64,000 nt of DNA, taken from NCBI GenBank assembly GCA_049511615.1, contig JBEKXW010000009.1, positions 12,703-76,702 on the forward strand, written 5' to 3'. The notes below the pieces were generated by a model. That model was not told the origin of the DNA. It ran no database searches and was given only the letters and a program-made list of their open reading frames with translations. The translations under genes and the position numbers were made by a program. This stretch comes from Candidatus Dormibacteria bacterium (GTDB lineage: Bacteria > Chloroflexota > Dormibacteria > Aeolococcales > Aeolococcaceae). Positions within the stretch are counted from its first letter, which is position 1, and each line of letters starts with the position of its first letter. Positions 40,606 to 50,608 of the stretch are shown piece after piece.

Positions 40606-42387
40606 ATGGATCAAGGAACGATGACCTGGAAGGCCCGATCCCGGGGGAGTGGGAGCGGCTTGATCGGCAAGCTGGCCCAGGCGAACATCGACGAGGTTGC
40701 CCCCGTCGACGACGAGGTCGTCGTCGTCCGGGACGACGACCCGGCGTCGGCGCCGGTCCGGCAGCGGCTGACGGCCGGCACCCTGCTCCGGGTCCGGGAG
40801 GTGACCCGGGCCGAGGACCTCGCCGCGCTCAACGCTGCGGGAAGGACACGAGCCGTCGTCCTCTGCCGGAGCGGGTTGGGGCTGGCCGCGCTGCACGAGG
40901 CCGTCCTGTCGGTCCACCGGGCCAGCCCGGACATCGCGCTCATGGTCCTCGACGACCAGGCCGGCGAGGCCCGCCAGGAGGTCGCGGCCCACGCCGGCGC
41001 CGACGGCCTGATCAACCTGGCGCAGGACTGGAAGGTGGTGGGGGAGGCCGTGCTCGCCGCCGCTGAGCGCCGGGCCCGAGCCCGCGCCGTCGGCGACGTC
41101 ATCGGCACGCAGCCCGAGCCCGAGCTCGTCGGCTCCCTGGAGCCGGAGTGGCCGCTGGCCGTGCTGGCGGTCGCGATCAACAACCTCGAGACGCTGGCCG
41201 GCCGGTACGCCCATGGCGACATGGACGCGCTGATGCTGGCCCTGGCGATCCGGCTCCGGCCGGTGCTCCGACCCAGTGACACCCTGGCGAGGACCGCCGA
41301 TCGCTCCCTGGTCATCGCCCGCCGCGATGACGACGAGCTGGCCGTCGCCGCGCTCGCCGATCGCCTCCTCCGCGCCTGCCGCGAGCCGCTGGTCGTCAGC
41401 GAGGAGAGCGTCCCGATCACGATCGCCATCGGCATCGCGGTCCGTGGCCGGCGGGCGGGGGAGGCCGGACCCACCGCGGCGGCCCTCCTGGACCAGGCCC
41501 AGGCCGCGCTCGGGCGCCTCCGCAACCACGGACGTGCCGCCTACGAGCTGGCCGACGCGGCCCTTCAGGCCCGCGTCACCGCCCAGCGCCAGACCGAGAT
41601 CGCGCTCCGCCACGCCATCGACGACCACGAGTTCCGGGTCTTCTATCAGCCTGTGGTCGAGCTCCAGGGCCGCCTCCTCACCTCGTTCGAAGCCCTGATG
41701 AGGTGGCAGCGGCCGCAGATCGGCCTCTTCGACGCCGCCAGCTTCGTCGAGGCCGCCCAGCGCAGCGGTCTCATGACCCGGATCGGTCAGACCATCCTCC
41801 ATGAGGCGGCCGAGGAGGCGGTGCGCTGGGCGACCCCGGGGTTGGTGTCGCCCGCGCTCTCGGTGAACCTCTCGCCGCAGGAATACTTCCTGCCCACCCT
41901 GGTGGCGAGCATCGGCCGGATCCTCGCCGAGGTCGGGCTGGCTCCCGCCCGGCTGATCGTGGAGGTCCCCCACAAGCTCCTCGAGCGCGATGCCCTCTCG
42001 GCCCGGAGCATCCTCCGCGACCTCTCGTCGCTGGGCGTCACCCTGGTCGCCGACGACTACGAGGGCGAGCTGACCGGCGAGCTCCGCCAGCTCCCCCTCC
42101 GGATGGTCAAGCTCCGGATGGGCCTCCTCGACGGCATCGAGAGCGACGCCGAGCGCCGGGCGCGGGTGGCGGGGATCGCCGCGCAGGTGCGCGCGGCGGG
42201 CTGGCTCTGCGTCGGCAAGGGTGTGGAGACGGCGGCCCAGGCCGCGATCCTCCGCGACCTCGGCTGCCATGGCGGTCAGGGCTTCCTGTTCAGCGGGGCC
42301 CGCCCGGCCGAGGAGCTGGCCATGTTCCGCGGTGCCGACGGCGTCTGGGCCTGGACCCCCCAGGCGAGAGCCGTCCCCGCCTCCTAG
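40606..42387 (+). CDS. Cyclic-di-GMP phosphodiesterase: degenerate receiver - degenerate GGDEF - EAL domain protein
   Basis: EAL motifs (EALMRWQ, DDYEG, GKGVETAAQ). The GGDEF motif is replaced by RTADRS, and the REC-like N-terminal lacks the phospho-acceptor Asp. Confidence 0.8.
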   Translation: MDQGTMTWKARSRGSGSGLIGKLAQANIDEVAPVDDEVVVVRDDDPASAPVRQRLTAGTLLRVREVTRAEDLAALNAAGRTRAVVLCRSGLGLAALHEAVLSVHRASPDIALMVLDDQAGEARQEVAAHAGADGLINLAQDWKVVGEAVLAAAERRARARAVGDVIGTQPEPELVGSLEPEWPLAVLAVAINNLETLAGRYAHGDMDALMLALAIRLRPVLRPSDTLARTADRSLVIARRDDDELAVAALADRLLRACREPLVVSEESVPITIAIGIAVRGRRAGEAGPTAAALLDQAQAALGRLRNHGRAAYELADAALQARVTAQRQTEIALRHAIDDHEFRVFYQPVVELQGRLLTSFEALMRWQRPQIGLFDAASFVEAAQRSGLMTRIGQTILHEAAEEAVRWATPGLVSPALSVNLSPQEYFLPTLVASIGRILAEVGLAPARLIVEVPHKLLERDALSARSILRDLSSLGVTLVADDYEGELTGELRQLPLRMVKLRMGLLDGIESDAERRARVAGIAAQVRAAGWLCVGKGVETAAQAAILRDLGCHGGQGFLFSGARPAEELAMFRGADGVWAWTPQARAVPAS

Positions 42388-42429
42388 CTATAGCTAAGCT
42401 AGGGTTCCGCGCCGGCAGCGCGACGTGGC

Positions 42430-43770
42430 TCAGGCCGTGGGCTGGCTTCCGTAGGTCTGCTCGGGGGCGAGCGCTGAGCTGAGCCCCAGGTCGGCGCATC
42501 CGGCCGCGCTGGCCACGATCACGCCGTACTTGTCGCCCGGGGCCAGGCCCTGCCAGAAGAGGGTGACGGTGGCCCCGTTCTGCGAGATGTTCACCCCGGA
42601 GCCGGCGGCGATGGTCAGCCCCCAGGCCGCGCCCGACCAGCTCCGGAGCGCACCCACCCAGGAGCTGCCGTTCCAGTAGGCGACGAGCTGGAGGGTCCCC
42701 GCCCGGTCGACGGGCGGGGCGCTGGGAGACGCGGTCGCGCTCGCCGCGGGCAGCGTCGCCTGGTAGGGAAGGACCACTGCGATCAGGTCAAAGGCGGGAG
42801 TCCCCGTCCCGACGGCGCTGGCCAGCCGGACGCTGACGAAGGGATTGGAGTAGCCGGCCACCGGGTCGCTGCCGATCCCGCTCGCGCTCGAGACGGCGGC
42901 GAGCCCGCTGGGGAGCTTGCCGGAGGGGATCGCCGTGCAGGCCTCCGCCGGCGCGACGACGTCCACCCCTGATGCGGTGGGCAGGTCGGAGGCCGGCAGC
43001 GTGGCCGGCGCCGTCGTGGCGCTGGGGGGCGCCGCGGTGGGACCGGTGCCGAGCAGGGCGTGGGCGACGAAGACGGCGCCGGCGACCAGGATGGCGATGA
43101 CGGCGAGAGCAGCGAGTCCCATAACGATGGCGAAGCCCCTGCCGAGCGGACGCGGGGGCTCGCCCTCCGGACGGCCGCGCCGGTTGGGGGGCCCGGACCC
43201 TCGGCGGCCCGGAGGCGTTCCGTTCGCGGCTCGCGCGGCCGTCGGACGCTCCGCCTCCCAGGGGCTGTCGGCGATCCGCCCGGCGGCCGGCGGGACGCTT
43301 TCACCTGCCACTGGCGCTCCGGGTGCCACCGCGGCCGGCGGCTGCGGGGGGGTGGGCGACCGGGGCGTCATCAGCCGGTCGAGCGGGGCGATCGGCGCCC
43401 CGAAGCGCTTCTGGGCGTCGGCGACAGCCGCGGCGATATCGCCGGCCGAGGGCTGGCGGAGCGAGCGTGCCATCCGCGGGCTGTCGGCAAAGAAGAGCAG
43501 GCCGTCCGCGTACATCCCGTGAGCGGTGACGACCTCGTCCCGGGTGCGGGGGCGAGGGTCAGCCGCCTCCGCCGCGGGGAGACTGCCGTAGGCGGGACGC
43601 CAGCTCCCCAGGGCCGCGTCCAACTCGCTCAGGCCGCGGAGGAACTGGATCAGGTGCCGGTGCGCCTCGGCCTGCTCCGGCCCGGAGGCCGTGTCGGAAG
43701 AATCCACGCCATCCCCTACAGTGGCATGCGCGGAAGCGATCATGCCAGTCTCGAAGCCCGTCCGGCACAC
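42430..43770 (-). CDS. Hypothetical single-pass membrane protein with Pro-rich linker and extracytoplasmic C-terminal domain
   Basis: Long ORF with one TM segment (FAIVMGLAALAVIAILVAGAVFV); no recognisable domain. Confidence 0.4.
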   Translation of the reverse strand: MCRTGFETGMIASAHATVGDGVDSSDTASGPEQAEAHRHLIQFLRGLSELDAALGSWRPAYGSLPAAEAADPRPRTRDEVVTAHGMYADGLLFFADSPRMARSLRQPSAGDIAAAVADAQKRFGAPIAPLDRLMTPRSPTPPQPPAAVAPGAPVAGESVPPAAGRIADSPWEAERPTAARAANGTPPGRRGSGPPNRRGRPEGEPPRPLGRGFAIVMGLAALAVIAILVAGAVFVAHALLGTGPTAAPPSATTAPATLPASDLPTASGVDVVAPAEACTAIPSGKLPSGLAAVSSASGIGSDPVAGYSNPFVSVRLASAVGTGTPAFDLIAVVLPYQATLPAASATASPSAPPVDRAGTLQLVAYWNGSSWVGALRSWSGAAWGLTIAAGSGVNISQNGATVTLFWQGLAPGDKYGVIVASAAGCADLGLSSALAPEQTYGSQPTA

Positions 43771-43922
43771 GCGGCGTGGCCCTCCTTGCCCGCCGTCTCA
43801 CGGCCGTCGCCGCCCCGCGGTGACGATGTGGTTGGGATGGCCGGGGTGATCGGAGCGCTGTGTCCCGCCTGTTACGCCTCCGCAACAGGGGGTGACGATC
43901 GGATCGCTAACGTCACCTTCGC

Positions 43923-44651
43923 ATGACCTACGTGCCCGGTTCGATGTTCGGCGAGGCGGCGACGTTGGGAGGAGGGCATCGGCGCGCCGCGGCCATCGAT
44001 GCCCGGGTGCGCGCCGCGATCGCAGCCTGCCAGACGTTCCTGGTGGTGCGCATCCTGAGCGTGCTGCTCGGGGTCAGCCTGTTGCCGGCCCGGCTTCCCG
44101 CCGTGGAGCTGCGCCTCGACGCGACCCACGCCGTGATCCTGCCCCTGGCCGGCCTCAATCGCGGCATGGTCCTGCTCACCGTCGGCTTCGTCTCCGCCGT
44201 GGAGCTGTACCTCGTCTACCGCCTCGCCGACCGGGTGCGGCTGGCCCGCTTCGGCGTCCTGCTCATCGAGTCGCTGGCGATCGTGCTCACCACCATCGCC
44301 CTCGCCTTCGGCGCCGGCTTCGCCCTCCTGCCCCTGGTCACCGCGGTGGGCGCGACCTGCCTCCTCCTGCTCAACCAGGTCCGCTGGGCATTCCTGCTCC
44401 AACCCAAGCAGCGCGACCTGACCGGCTACCGCCAGGGTGGCACCTTCGCCGGGTACGCGGGGCCGTCGCTGGAGAGCCCCAAGGCCCCGCAGCGGGTGGG
44501 CTACGTGGCGCGGCGGAGCGACGAGACGGGGCCGGTGGCCGGCGACGCGAGCGGGGGGCCCCAGGTGCTGCGCACGGACCACCCCGCCTCCTCCAGGCCC
44601 GCGGATTCCCCGTCGGGATCGACGCTCGCCTGGCCGAAGCGCCCAGTCTGA
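43923..44651 (+). CDS. Hypothetical 4-TM membrane protein
   Basis: ORF with four hydrophobic helices; no recognisable domain. Confidence 0.4.
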   Translation: MTYVPGSMFGEAATLGGGHRRAAAIDARVRAAIAACQTFLVVRILSVLLGVSLLPARLPAVELRLDATHAVILPLAGLNRGMVLLTVGFVSAVELYLVYRLADRVRLARFGVLLIESLAIVLTTIALAFGAGFALLPLVTAVGATCLLLLNQVRWAFLLQPKQRDLTGYRQGGTFAGYAGPSLESPKAPQRVGYVARRSDETGPVAGDASGGPQVLRTDHPASSRPADSPSGSTLAWPKRPV

Positions 44652-45055
44652 GCCAGCACTCGGGGGCGCCCGCCGCCCCGGGGCGCGGGGCCGATGCGGG
44701 CCGCCGGCGAGGCGACCCCGGCGCTCCGGATACCATCGCAGCGATGCTCGCCGCCCCCTGACCCCGGCGGCCGGGGCGGCGCATCGGCAAGCGACCTCTG
44801 ATGGGGAGCCCACGGCGGCGCCATGATGCCCCTCACCGCCCGCAACTCGGCCGAATTCGAGGCCCCGGCCGGGATGACCGCCGTGCCGGTGGTGCTCGCC
44901 CCCCCTGGCGGGACGCCTTCACGTCCTCCTGGTCGCGTTGGAGGGCGGATGGTAGGGTGGTTCGCGGCGTCCGCGACGCTACCTCATTCTGCGCGGGTTG
45001 ACCGATTCGATATCCTCTGGGGCATGGAACCGCTCCCACCGACGATGCGCGCCTG

Positions 45056-45706
45056 ATGGGGGATCTGCGCGACCTCGTTCAGCTCCATCTGGTCACCGAT
45101 CCCCTCTACGACCAGAACTGCTACATCCTGCGGCGGCGTGACGTGGACCGGTGCCTGGTCATCGATCCCGGGCTCCAGGCCCCAGCCGTGCTCCGGCTCC
45201 TGGGGGAGGAGGGGCTCGGCTGCGACCGGATCCTGCTCACCCACGGTCACCCCGATCACCTGGCGGGGGTGCCGGCCGTGAAGGCGGCGCTCGGCTGTCC
45301 CGCCGCCATCCACCCCGACGACCGCTGGCTCCTCGAGCAGGCGGGAATGTTCCCCGGCATCCCCGACGACCTCCCCGAGGTGGTCTGCGAGGACGATCTC
45401 ACCGGCGGAGAGTTGATCGCCTGGCAGGGGCTGGAGGTGGCGGTGCTCCACACCCCGGGGCACACGCCCGGCTCGGTCTGTTTCGTCGTCGGCCCCGACC
45501 TGCTGGCCGGCGACACGCTCTTCCGCCGCAGCGTCGGCCGCACCGACCTCCCCGGCGGCTCCTGGGAGACCCTGCTCTTCTCGATCCAGGACCGCCTCTA
45601 TGCGCTCCCCGCGGACACCGTCGTCCACCCCGGCCACGGGCCCTCCACGACCATCGGCGAGGAGATGCGGGCCAATCCCTTCGTTCTCCACCCCACCTTC
45701 CGCTGA
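45056..45706 (+). CDS. MBL-fold metallo-hydrolase (glyoxalase II-like)
   Basis: HxHxDH motif (LTHGHPDHLAG), plus HTPGHTPG and a downstream His. Confidence 0.85.
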   Translation: MGDLRDLVQLHLVTDPLYDQNCYILRRRDVDRCLVIDPGLQAPAVLRLLGEEGLGCDRILLTHGHPDHLAGVPAVKAALGCPAAIHPDDRWLLEQAGMFPGIPDDLPEVVCEDDLTGGELIAWQGLEVAVLHTPGHTPGSVCFVVGPDLLAGDTLFRRSVGRTDLPGGSWETLLFSIQDRLYALPADTVVHPGHGPSTTIGEEMRANPFVLHPTFR

Positions 45707-45710
45707 TCGG

Positions 45711-46388
45711 TCAGCCGCCCCTGCCGAAGCGCTCCAGCAGGTCGTGGACGATGCCACCGGTCACCCCCCAGATGGTCCGCCCCTCCACCTCGTAGTGGTG
45801 GACGAGGCGGGTCTCACCCGGCTCCGCGGTCCACGCCTCGGAGCGGTGGCCGGCCGCCAGCAGGTTGTGCAGCGGAAGCCAGAACCACTCGGCGACCTCG
45901 AAACCGTCGCCGCGCACCTCGAACGGCCGTCGCTGCAGGGCGGCGATCGGCGTGAGCCGGAGATCGGAGCGGTGGGTGAGCCGGGCGGGGAGGGAGCCGA
46001 TGACCTCGACGTCGGCGGGGTCGACGCCGACCTCCTCGCCGGCCTCGCGCAGAGCGGTGGCGACGATGTCGCGATCCCCGTGCTCCCGGGAGCCGCCGGG
46101 AAGCCCGATCTGGCCGGCGTGGAGGCGGAGGTGGTCGGCGCGGCGGACAAAGAGGAGGGGGATCCCCTCCCGCGCCGGGTCGAAGAGCATCAGGACCGGC
46201 GCCTCGCGCTTGCCCGGGGGCGGCGGCGCCTTGGGCGCGGGCCCGGCCAGGGCCTTCCGCAACCGGGCGAGGAGCTCGCTGGTCACCCGCCCACTATGCG
46301 GGTCCGGGGGTGGGCAGCGAGCGCGCGCAGCGCGCCTTCGGCGCGGAGTCGCGCCGAGCCAGGGGGGAGCCGCAGGTGGCTTGGCCAC
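45711..46388 (-). CDS. NUDIX hydrolase, CoA pyrophosphatase (NudL-like); start uncertain
   Basis: Nudix box GLPGGSREHGDRDIVATALREAGEEVG, with CoAse-like N-terminal context. Confidence 0.7.
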   Translation of the reverse strand: MAKPPAAPPWLGATPRRRRAARARCPPPDPHSGRVTSELLARLRKALAGPAPKAPPPPGKREAPVLMLFDPAREGIPLLFVRRADHLRLHAGQIGLPGGSREHGDRDIVATALREAGEEVGVDPADVEVIGSLPARLTHRSDLRLTPIAALQRRPFEVRGDGFEVAEWFWLPLHNLLAAGHRSEAWTAEPGETRLVHHYEVEGRTIWGVTGGIVHDLLERFGRGG

Positions 46389-47090
46389 CGCGGCGAGGGG
46401 GCGGCACGCCCCCTGATGGGCACGGGGATCCCACGCCGCCGGCGGCGCGGGGCGATCAGCGGGTCGGAACCTGCTGGCGGAGCGCGGACTCGAGGCGCCA
46501 CAGCGCCTCGGCGTGGGCGATCGCCTCGCCGAGCATCCCGGCGAACAGCCGCTGCCGGAGGTAGCGCACGGTGGCCTCGGTCTCGGCGGCGTCGGCCGCG
46601 ACCTGGTCGGGCCTCCTCGCGTCCATCCTCGTGGTCTCCTCGTATGCTTCCAGCGGTGTGGCGACCGGCCACCCCTGCAAAGTACGCGCGCCGGAGCGGA
46701 TCGGGGTCACGTGCCCGGCGAGGCTTGGTGAAGACTCGTGAAGGGGCGCCAAGGCGATGCCACGGGCTATGACGGAGCGAGACGAAGTGTGGGTGGTGAC
46801 GCGCGCGAAGTGTCATCCGGCACGCGGCTGCCACGAACGGTGACGACGCGAGAACAGCGGGTGTGCCCGCTCTGCGCCGGCGAGCTCCGCTTCTCGCACC
46901 GCGAGTACCTGGGTGGGCGGCGCTCGGTGCCCGTGCTCCGCTGCAGGGCATGCGGCGCCCAGGTTCGGGGCGAGCCTCAGGCCGACGATGCGCGGCCCCG
47001 ATCCCAGCCCCCGGCCCGTCGCCGTCCCCTGCCCGAGGGCGGGCAACCCGACAACTTCGTGCTCGACCCCGACACCGCCACGCGGCTGCG

Positions 47091-47930
47091 TCAGCTGCTG
47101 GAGGGCGAGGCCGCTGCTCCGGATACCTGAGACCGCGACGCCGCGGTTTGCCCGGTCCGAGAGAATCTGTCAAACCAGTCCATAACGATCCGGTTGACCT
47201 GCTCCCGATCGATGTCGACGGAGATGCCGTGCCCGCTGCGGGGCAGCATGTGCCGCTCGACCGCGGCGCTGCAGAGCAGGCGGCGCTCGATCTCCGCGGC
47301 GTTGGCCGGATCGATGACCCGGTCACGCTCGCCGTGGCAGATCAGCACCGGGGCGCGCACGGACACCAGCTCGTCACGCACATGGGCGAGCAGGCGTGCG
47401 AGCTCGTGGATCGAGCCGGTCGAGCGGCGGCCGTAGGACCACAGCTCCTCGATGCCCTCGAGCCGGTAGAGGTCGACGTCGCCATGGGGCCGGTCCCAGC
47501 GCACCACGTGCTTGGCGACGGGCAGCAGCCGAGGCCTCCAGCCGGTGAGCCAGACCGGGGTGGCCAGGCAGGCCACCGCGCGGATCGCGGGGTGGGTGGC
47601 GGCGAGGTGGAGGGCGAGGCTGCCCCCGCCCGACTGGCCGGCGACCACCACCTCGTCGCACTCGGAGCGCAGCTCGGCGAGCGCCTCCTCCGCCGACGCG
47701 GCCCAGTCCTCCCAGCGGGTCCGCGCCAGATCCTCCGGGGTGGTTCCGTGGCCGGCGAGGAGTGGCCCGTGACACCGCCACCCGGCGTTGGCCAGCTCCT
47801 CACCGAGCTGGCGCAGCTCCGGCGGGGTCCCGGCGAAGCCGTGCAGCAGCAGCGCACCCCTGCGGCCGGTGCCGATCCGCCACGGCCCGACCACCTCGGG
47901 GTCGAAGGGCTCGTCGCTGCGCGTGGTCAT
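47091..47930 (-). CDS. Alpha/beta-hydrolase-fold esterase/lipase
   Basis: Nucleophile elbow GQSGG; HGF oxyanion region LLLHGFAG; catalytic His near the C-terminus. ATG at 47930 verified. Confidence 0.8.
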   Translation of the reverse strand: MTTRSDEPFDPEVVGPWRIGTGRRGALLLHGFAGTPPELRQLGEELANAGWRCHGPLLAGHGTTPEDLARTRWEDWAASAEEALAELRSECDEVVVAGQSGGGSLALHLAATHPAIRAVACLATPVWLTGWRPRLLPVAKHVVRWDRPHGDVDLYRLEGIEELWSYGRRSTGSIHELARLLAHVRDELVSVRAPVLICHGERDRVIDPANAAEIERRLLCSAAVERHMLPRSGHGISVDIDREQVNRIVMDWFDRFSRTGQTAASRSQVSGAAASPSSS

Positions 47931-47968
47931 GGTGCCGAGTGTAGTGGTGATGCTACCGTGCGCCTGCC

Positions 47969-48994
47969 ATGACCTCGTCGCTGGTGAGCGCCCTCCATCG
48001 CGTCGTCGAGGGGAACGACCTGGACACCGCCACGGCCCGGGCGGTCATGGATGAGATGTTCGAGGGGGTGGCGACCCCGGCCCAGATGGGAGCCTTCCTG
48101 GCCGCGCTGCGGGTCAAGGGTGAGACCGTCGAGGAGCTGACCGGGATGGTGGAGTCGATGCGCGACCACGCCGTGCCGGTGCCGCTCCGGGCTGCCGCGG
48201 TCGACACCTGCGGGACGGGCGGAGACCGCGCCGGCACCTTCAACATCTCGACCGCCGCGGCCCTGGTGGTGGCCGGAGCCGGCTGTCCGGTGGCCAAGCA
48301 CGGCAACCGTGCGGCCTCGTCCCGATGCGGTAGCGCCGACGTGCTCGAGGCCCTGGGGGTGGCCATCTCCCTCCCACCCGAGGGCGTGCTCCGCTGCATC
48401 GAGTCGGCGGGCATCGGATTCATGCTCGCCCCCGTCTATCACCCGGCCATGCGCCACGTCGGCCCGGTGCGCCAGGAGCTGGGCATCCGCACCGTCTTCA
48501 ACGTGATCGGCCCGCTGGCGAACCCCGCCCGGGTGCGCCACCAGCTGATCGGAACCCCGTCGGACGCCCTGGCGGGGAAGATGGCGGGGGTGCTGAGCCG
48601 GCTCGGACATCGCCGCGCGGTCGTCTTCTCGGGGGCCGGCGGCACCGATGAGCTGGTGCTCCACGCCCCCTCGCACGCCTACGTGGTGGTCGAGGGCGCG
48701 ATCGAGGAGATCGACATCGATCCCGCCCGCCTCGGCCTCAGCGCGGCTCCGCTCGCCGCCCTGGCGGGTGGGGATGCGGCGGCCAACGCCGACCGGATGC
48801 GCGCGGTCCTGGCCGGGGAGCGCGGCCCGATCCGCGACTGCGTCGTCCTCAACGCCGGGGCCGCCCTCTACGCGGCCGAGCGGGTGCCCGGCATCGAGGC
48901 GGGGATGGAGGAGGCGGAGAGGGCGCTCGAGTCGGGCGCCGCCCAGGCTCGACTGGAGGCGCTCGTGCGCGTGTCCTCCGAGGCGGCCGCATGA
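47969..48994 (+). CDS. trpD: Anthranilate phosphoribosyltransferase
   Basis: TrpD motifs DTCGTGGDRAGTFNISTA and KHGNRAASS; 341 aa. Confidence 0.9.
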   Translation: MTSSLVSALHRVVEGNDLDTATARAVMDEMFEGVATPAQMGAFLAALRVKGETVEELTGMVESMRDHAVPVPLRAAAVDTCGTGGDRAGTFNISTAAALVVAGAGCPVAKHGNRAASSRCGSADVLEALGVAISLPPEGVLRCIESAGIGFMLAPVYHPAMRHVGPVRQELGIRTVFNVIGPLANPARVRHQLIGTPSDALAGKMAGVLSRLGHRRAVVFSGAGGTDELVLHAPSHAYVVVEGAIEEIDIDPARLGLSAAPLAALAGGDAAANADRMRAVLAGERGPIRDCVVLNAGAALYAAERVPGIEAGMEEAERALESGAAQARLEALVRVSSEAAA

Positions 48995-49719
48995 CCGGTG
49001 GGGGAGACCCCCCCGTGCCGGCCGAGCCCCGGGGCCGGCGGCTGCTCGCTCTCCAGGACCTCGACGATCGCATCGCCCACCTTCAGACTGAGTTGGCCGA
49101 CCTCGAGGCCGCCCTTGCCGGCGACCCCGAGCTGGAGCGCCTCCGCGAGGCGGCGCGAGCCACCGAGGCGGACCGCCAGGGAGCGGAGGAGAGGAGCCGT
49201 GGGGTGGAGCGCGAGCTGATCGGCGTGCGCCAGCGGGCCCGCACCCTGGAGCGCCGCCTCTACGACGGCTCGGTGCGCAACCCGCAGGACCTGCTCGGCC
49301 TGCAGCACGACCTGGCCGCCCTCAAGCCGCGGCTCGACGACCTCGAGGCCAGCCTGCTGGAGTGGATGGAGGCGACCGAGAGCGTCGAGGTGGAGGCGGG
49401 CAGGGCGCGCGCCGCGGTCGTGGCGCGCGAGGCGGAGCGCGGAGCCCTGGAGGCGCCCCGCCGCGAGCGCCTCGATGCCGCGCGGCGCGAGCTCGAGGAG
49501 GCGCGCACGGCGCGCGCCGCCGCGGCGGCGACGATCGACCCCGGTGACCTCCGCACCTACGAACGGGTGGCGGCCAAGCACCGGCCCGCCGTCGTCCACC
49601 TGGAGCGGGACAGCTGCGGGGGCTGCCACCTCCCGCTGGGGGTCCGCGAGGCCAACCAGGCCCGCGCCGGGGACGGGCTGGTCCAGTGCAGCAACTGCGA
49701 CCGGGTGGTGATCCGGTGA
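48991..49719 (+). CDS. COG1579-type coiled-coil zinc-ribbon protein
   Basis: Coiled-coil body with C-terminal CGGCHLPL...CSNCDRVV. ATGA overlap with the trpD stop; upstream of rnhA, as is usual for this family. Confidence 0.8.
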   Translation: MTGGGDPPVPAEPRGRRLLALQDLDDRIAHLQTELADLEAALAGDPELERLREAARATEADRQGAEERSRGVERELIGVRQRARTLERRLYDGSVRNPQDLLGLQHDLAALKPRLDDLEASLLEWMEATESVEVEAGRARAAVVAREAERGALEAPRRERLDAARRELEEARTARAAAAATIDPGDLRTYERVAAKHRPAVVHLERDSCGGCHLPLGVREANQARAGDGLVQCSNCDRVVIR

Positions 49720-50177
49720 GCCGATCGTCCCCGGGCCCCACCGGGGCGCCCCCGCCGGGAACGGTCCTCGCCTTCACGGACGGCGCCTGCTCGGGGAACC
49801 CGGGGCCGGGCGCGTGGGCATACCGGCTGGAGTGGCCCGACGGCCGGGTGGAGGAGGCGGTGGGCGCGGAGCTGGCCACCACCAACAACCGCGAGGAGCT
49901 GAAGGCGGTCCGCGAGGCGCTCCAGGCGATCCGCCGCCGGATCGGCACCGACCCGGGGTGGCAGATCGTGGTGCGCACCGACAGCCTGGGCGTGATCAAC
50001 TGGCTGACCCGGCGGTGGAAGCGCCATGCCAACCTCGACCTCTTTCCGGGGATCGACCCCCTGGTGGACGGCCGGGTCGCCTTCGAGCACGTGCGCGGCC
50101 ACGCCGGCGACCCGGGCAACGAGCGGGTCGACTCCCTCGCGGTGGCCGCCATCCGGGAGCTGATCGGGGGCGCCTGA
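49716..50177 (+). CDS. rnhA: Ribonuclease HI
   Basis: DGACSGNPGPGAW...TNNREEL...HAGDPGNERVD catalytic motifs. The GTG overlaps the upstream stop. Confidence 0.85.
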   Translation: MSRSSPGPTGAPPPGTVLAFTDGACSGNPGPGAWAYRLEWPDGRVEEAVGAELATTNNREELKAVREALQAIRRRIGTDPGWQIVVRTDSLGVINWLTRRWKRHANLDLFPGIDPLVDGRVAFEHVRGHAGDPGNERVDSLAVAAIRELIGGA

Positions 50178-50486
50178 TCAGCGGTTGAGCAGCCCGGCCA
50201 CCCCCAGGGCCACACCGGCGCCCACGACGGCGCCGACGAGCTCCACGATCAGCGCTGCGCGCCCGATCGGGGACCGGCAGGTCCGGCAGCGGCCCCCCTG
50301 GAGGGCGTAGCTGGCGAACGGCACCAGCTCGTACCAGCGCAGCTGGCGGCGGCAGGCGTCGCAGCGGGAGCGGCCGTGGAGGGCGCCCCGCCAGCCACGC
50401 GACAGCACCACGCCCCCGAAGGAGCCGATCACCGCGCCGGCGAGCGCTCCGAACACGCCGAGGATCACCCCGAGGGGGACGCTCAC
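50178..50486 (-). pseudogene. Stand-alone prepilin-peptidase N-terminal (zinc-binding) domain; peptidase A24 catalytic domain absent (truncated pilD)
   Basis: LGVILGVFGALAGAVIGSFGG...SRCDACRRQLRWYELVPFASYALQGGRCRTCRSPIG is the A24 N-terminal domain. The ORF ends ~100 aa in, abutting the convergent rnhA. Confidence 0.5.
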
Positions 50487-50608
50487 GCCGAGCCCGTCAC
50501 GCCCCGGCCCGCGACGGCGGCCGGGAAGCGTCGAGAAACGATCACGGTGCCTCCACACCACGGCGGCGGACCTGTGGATAAGTAGTCGGCCGCCTATACT
50601 GCCAGACA

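Noticed and set aside
46456-47130. Two small ORFs (98 aa minus strand; 130 aa plus strand with CxxC...CxxC).
   Set aside because: No recognisable family or RBS and the start codons are ambiguous. Possible small zinc-ribbon proteins, but the evidence is too weak to call them.
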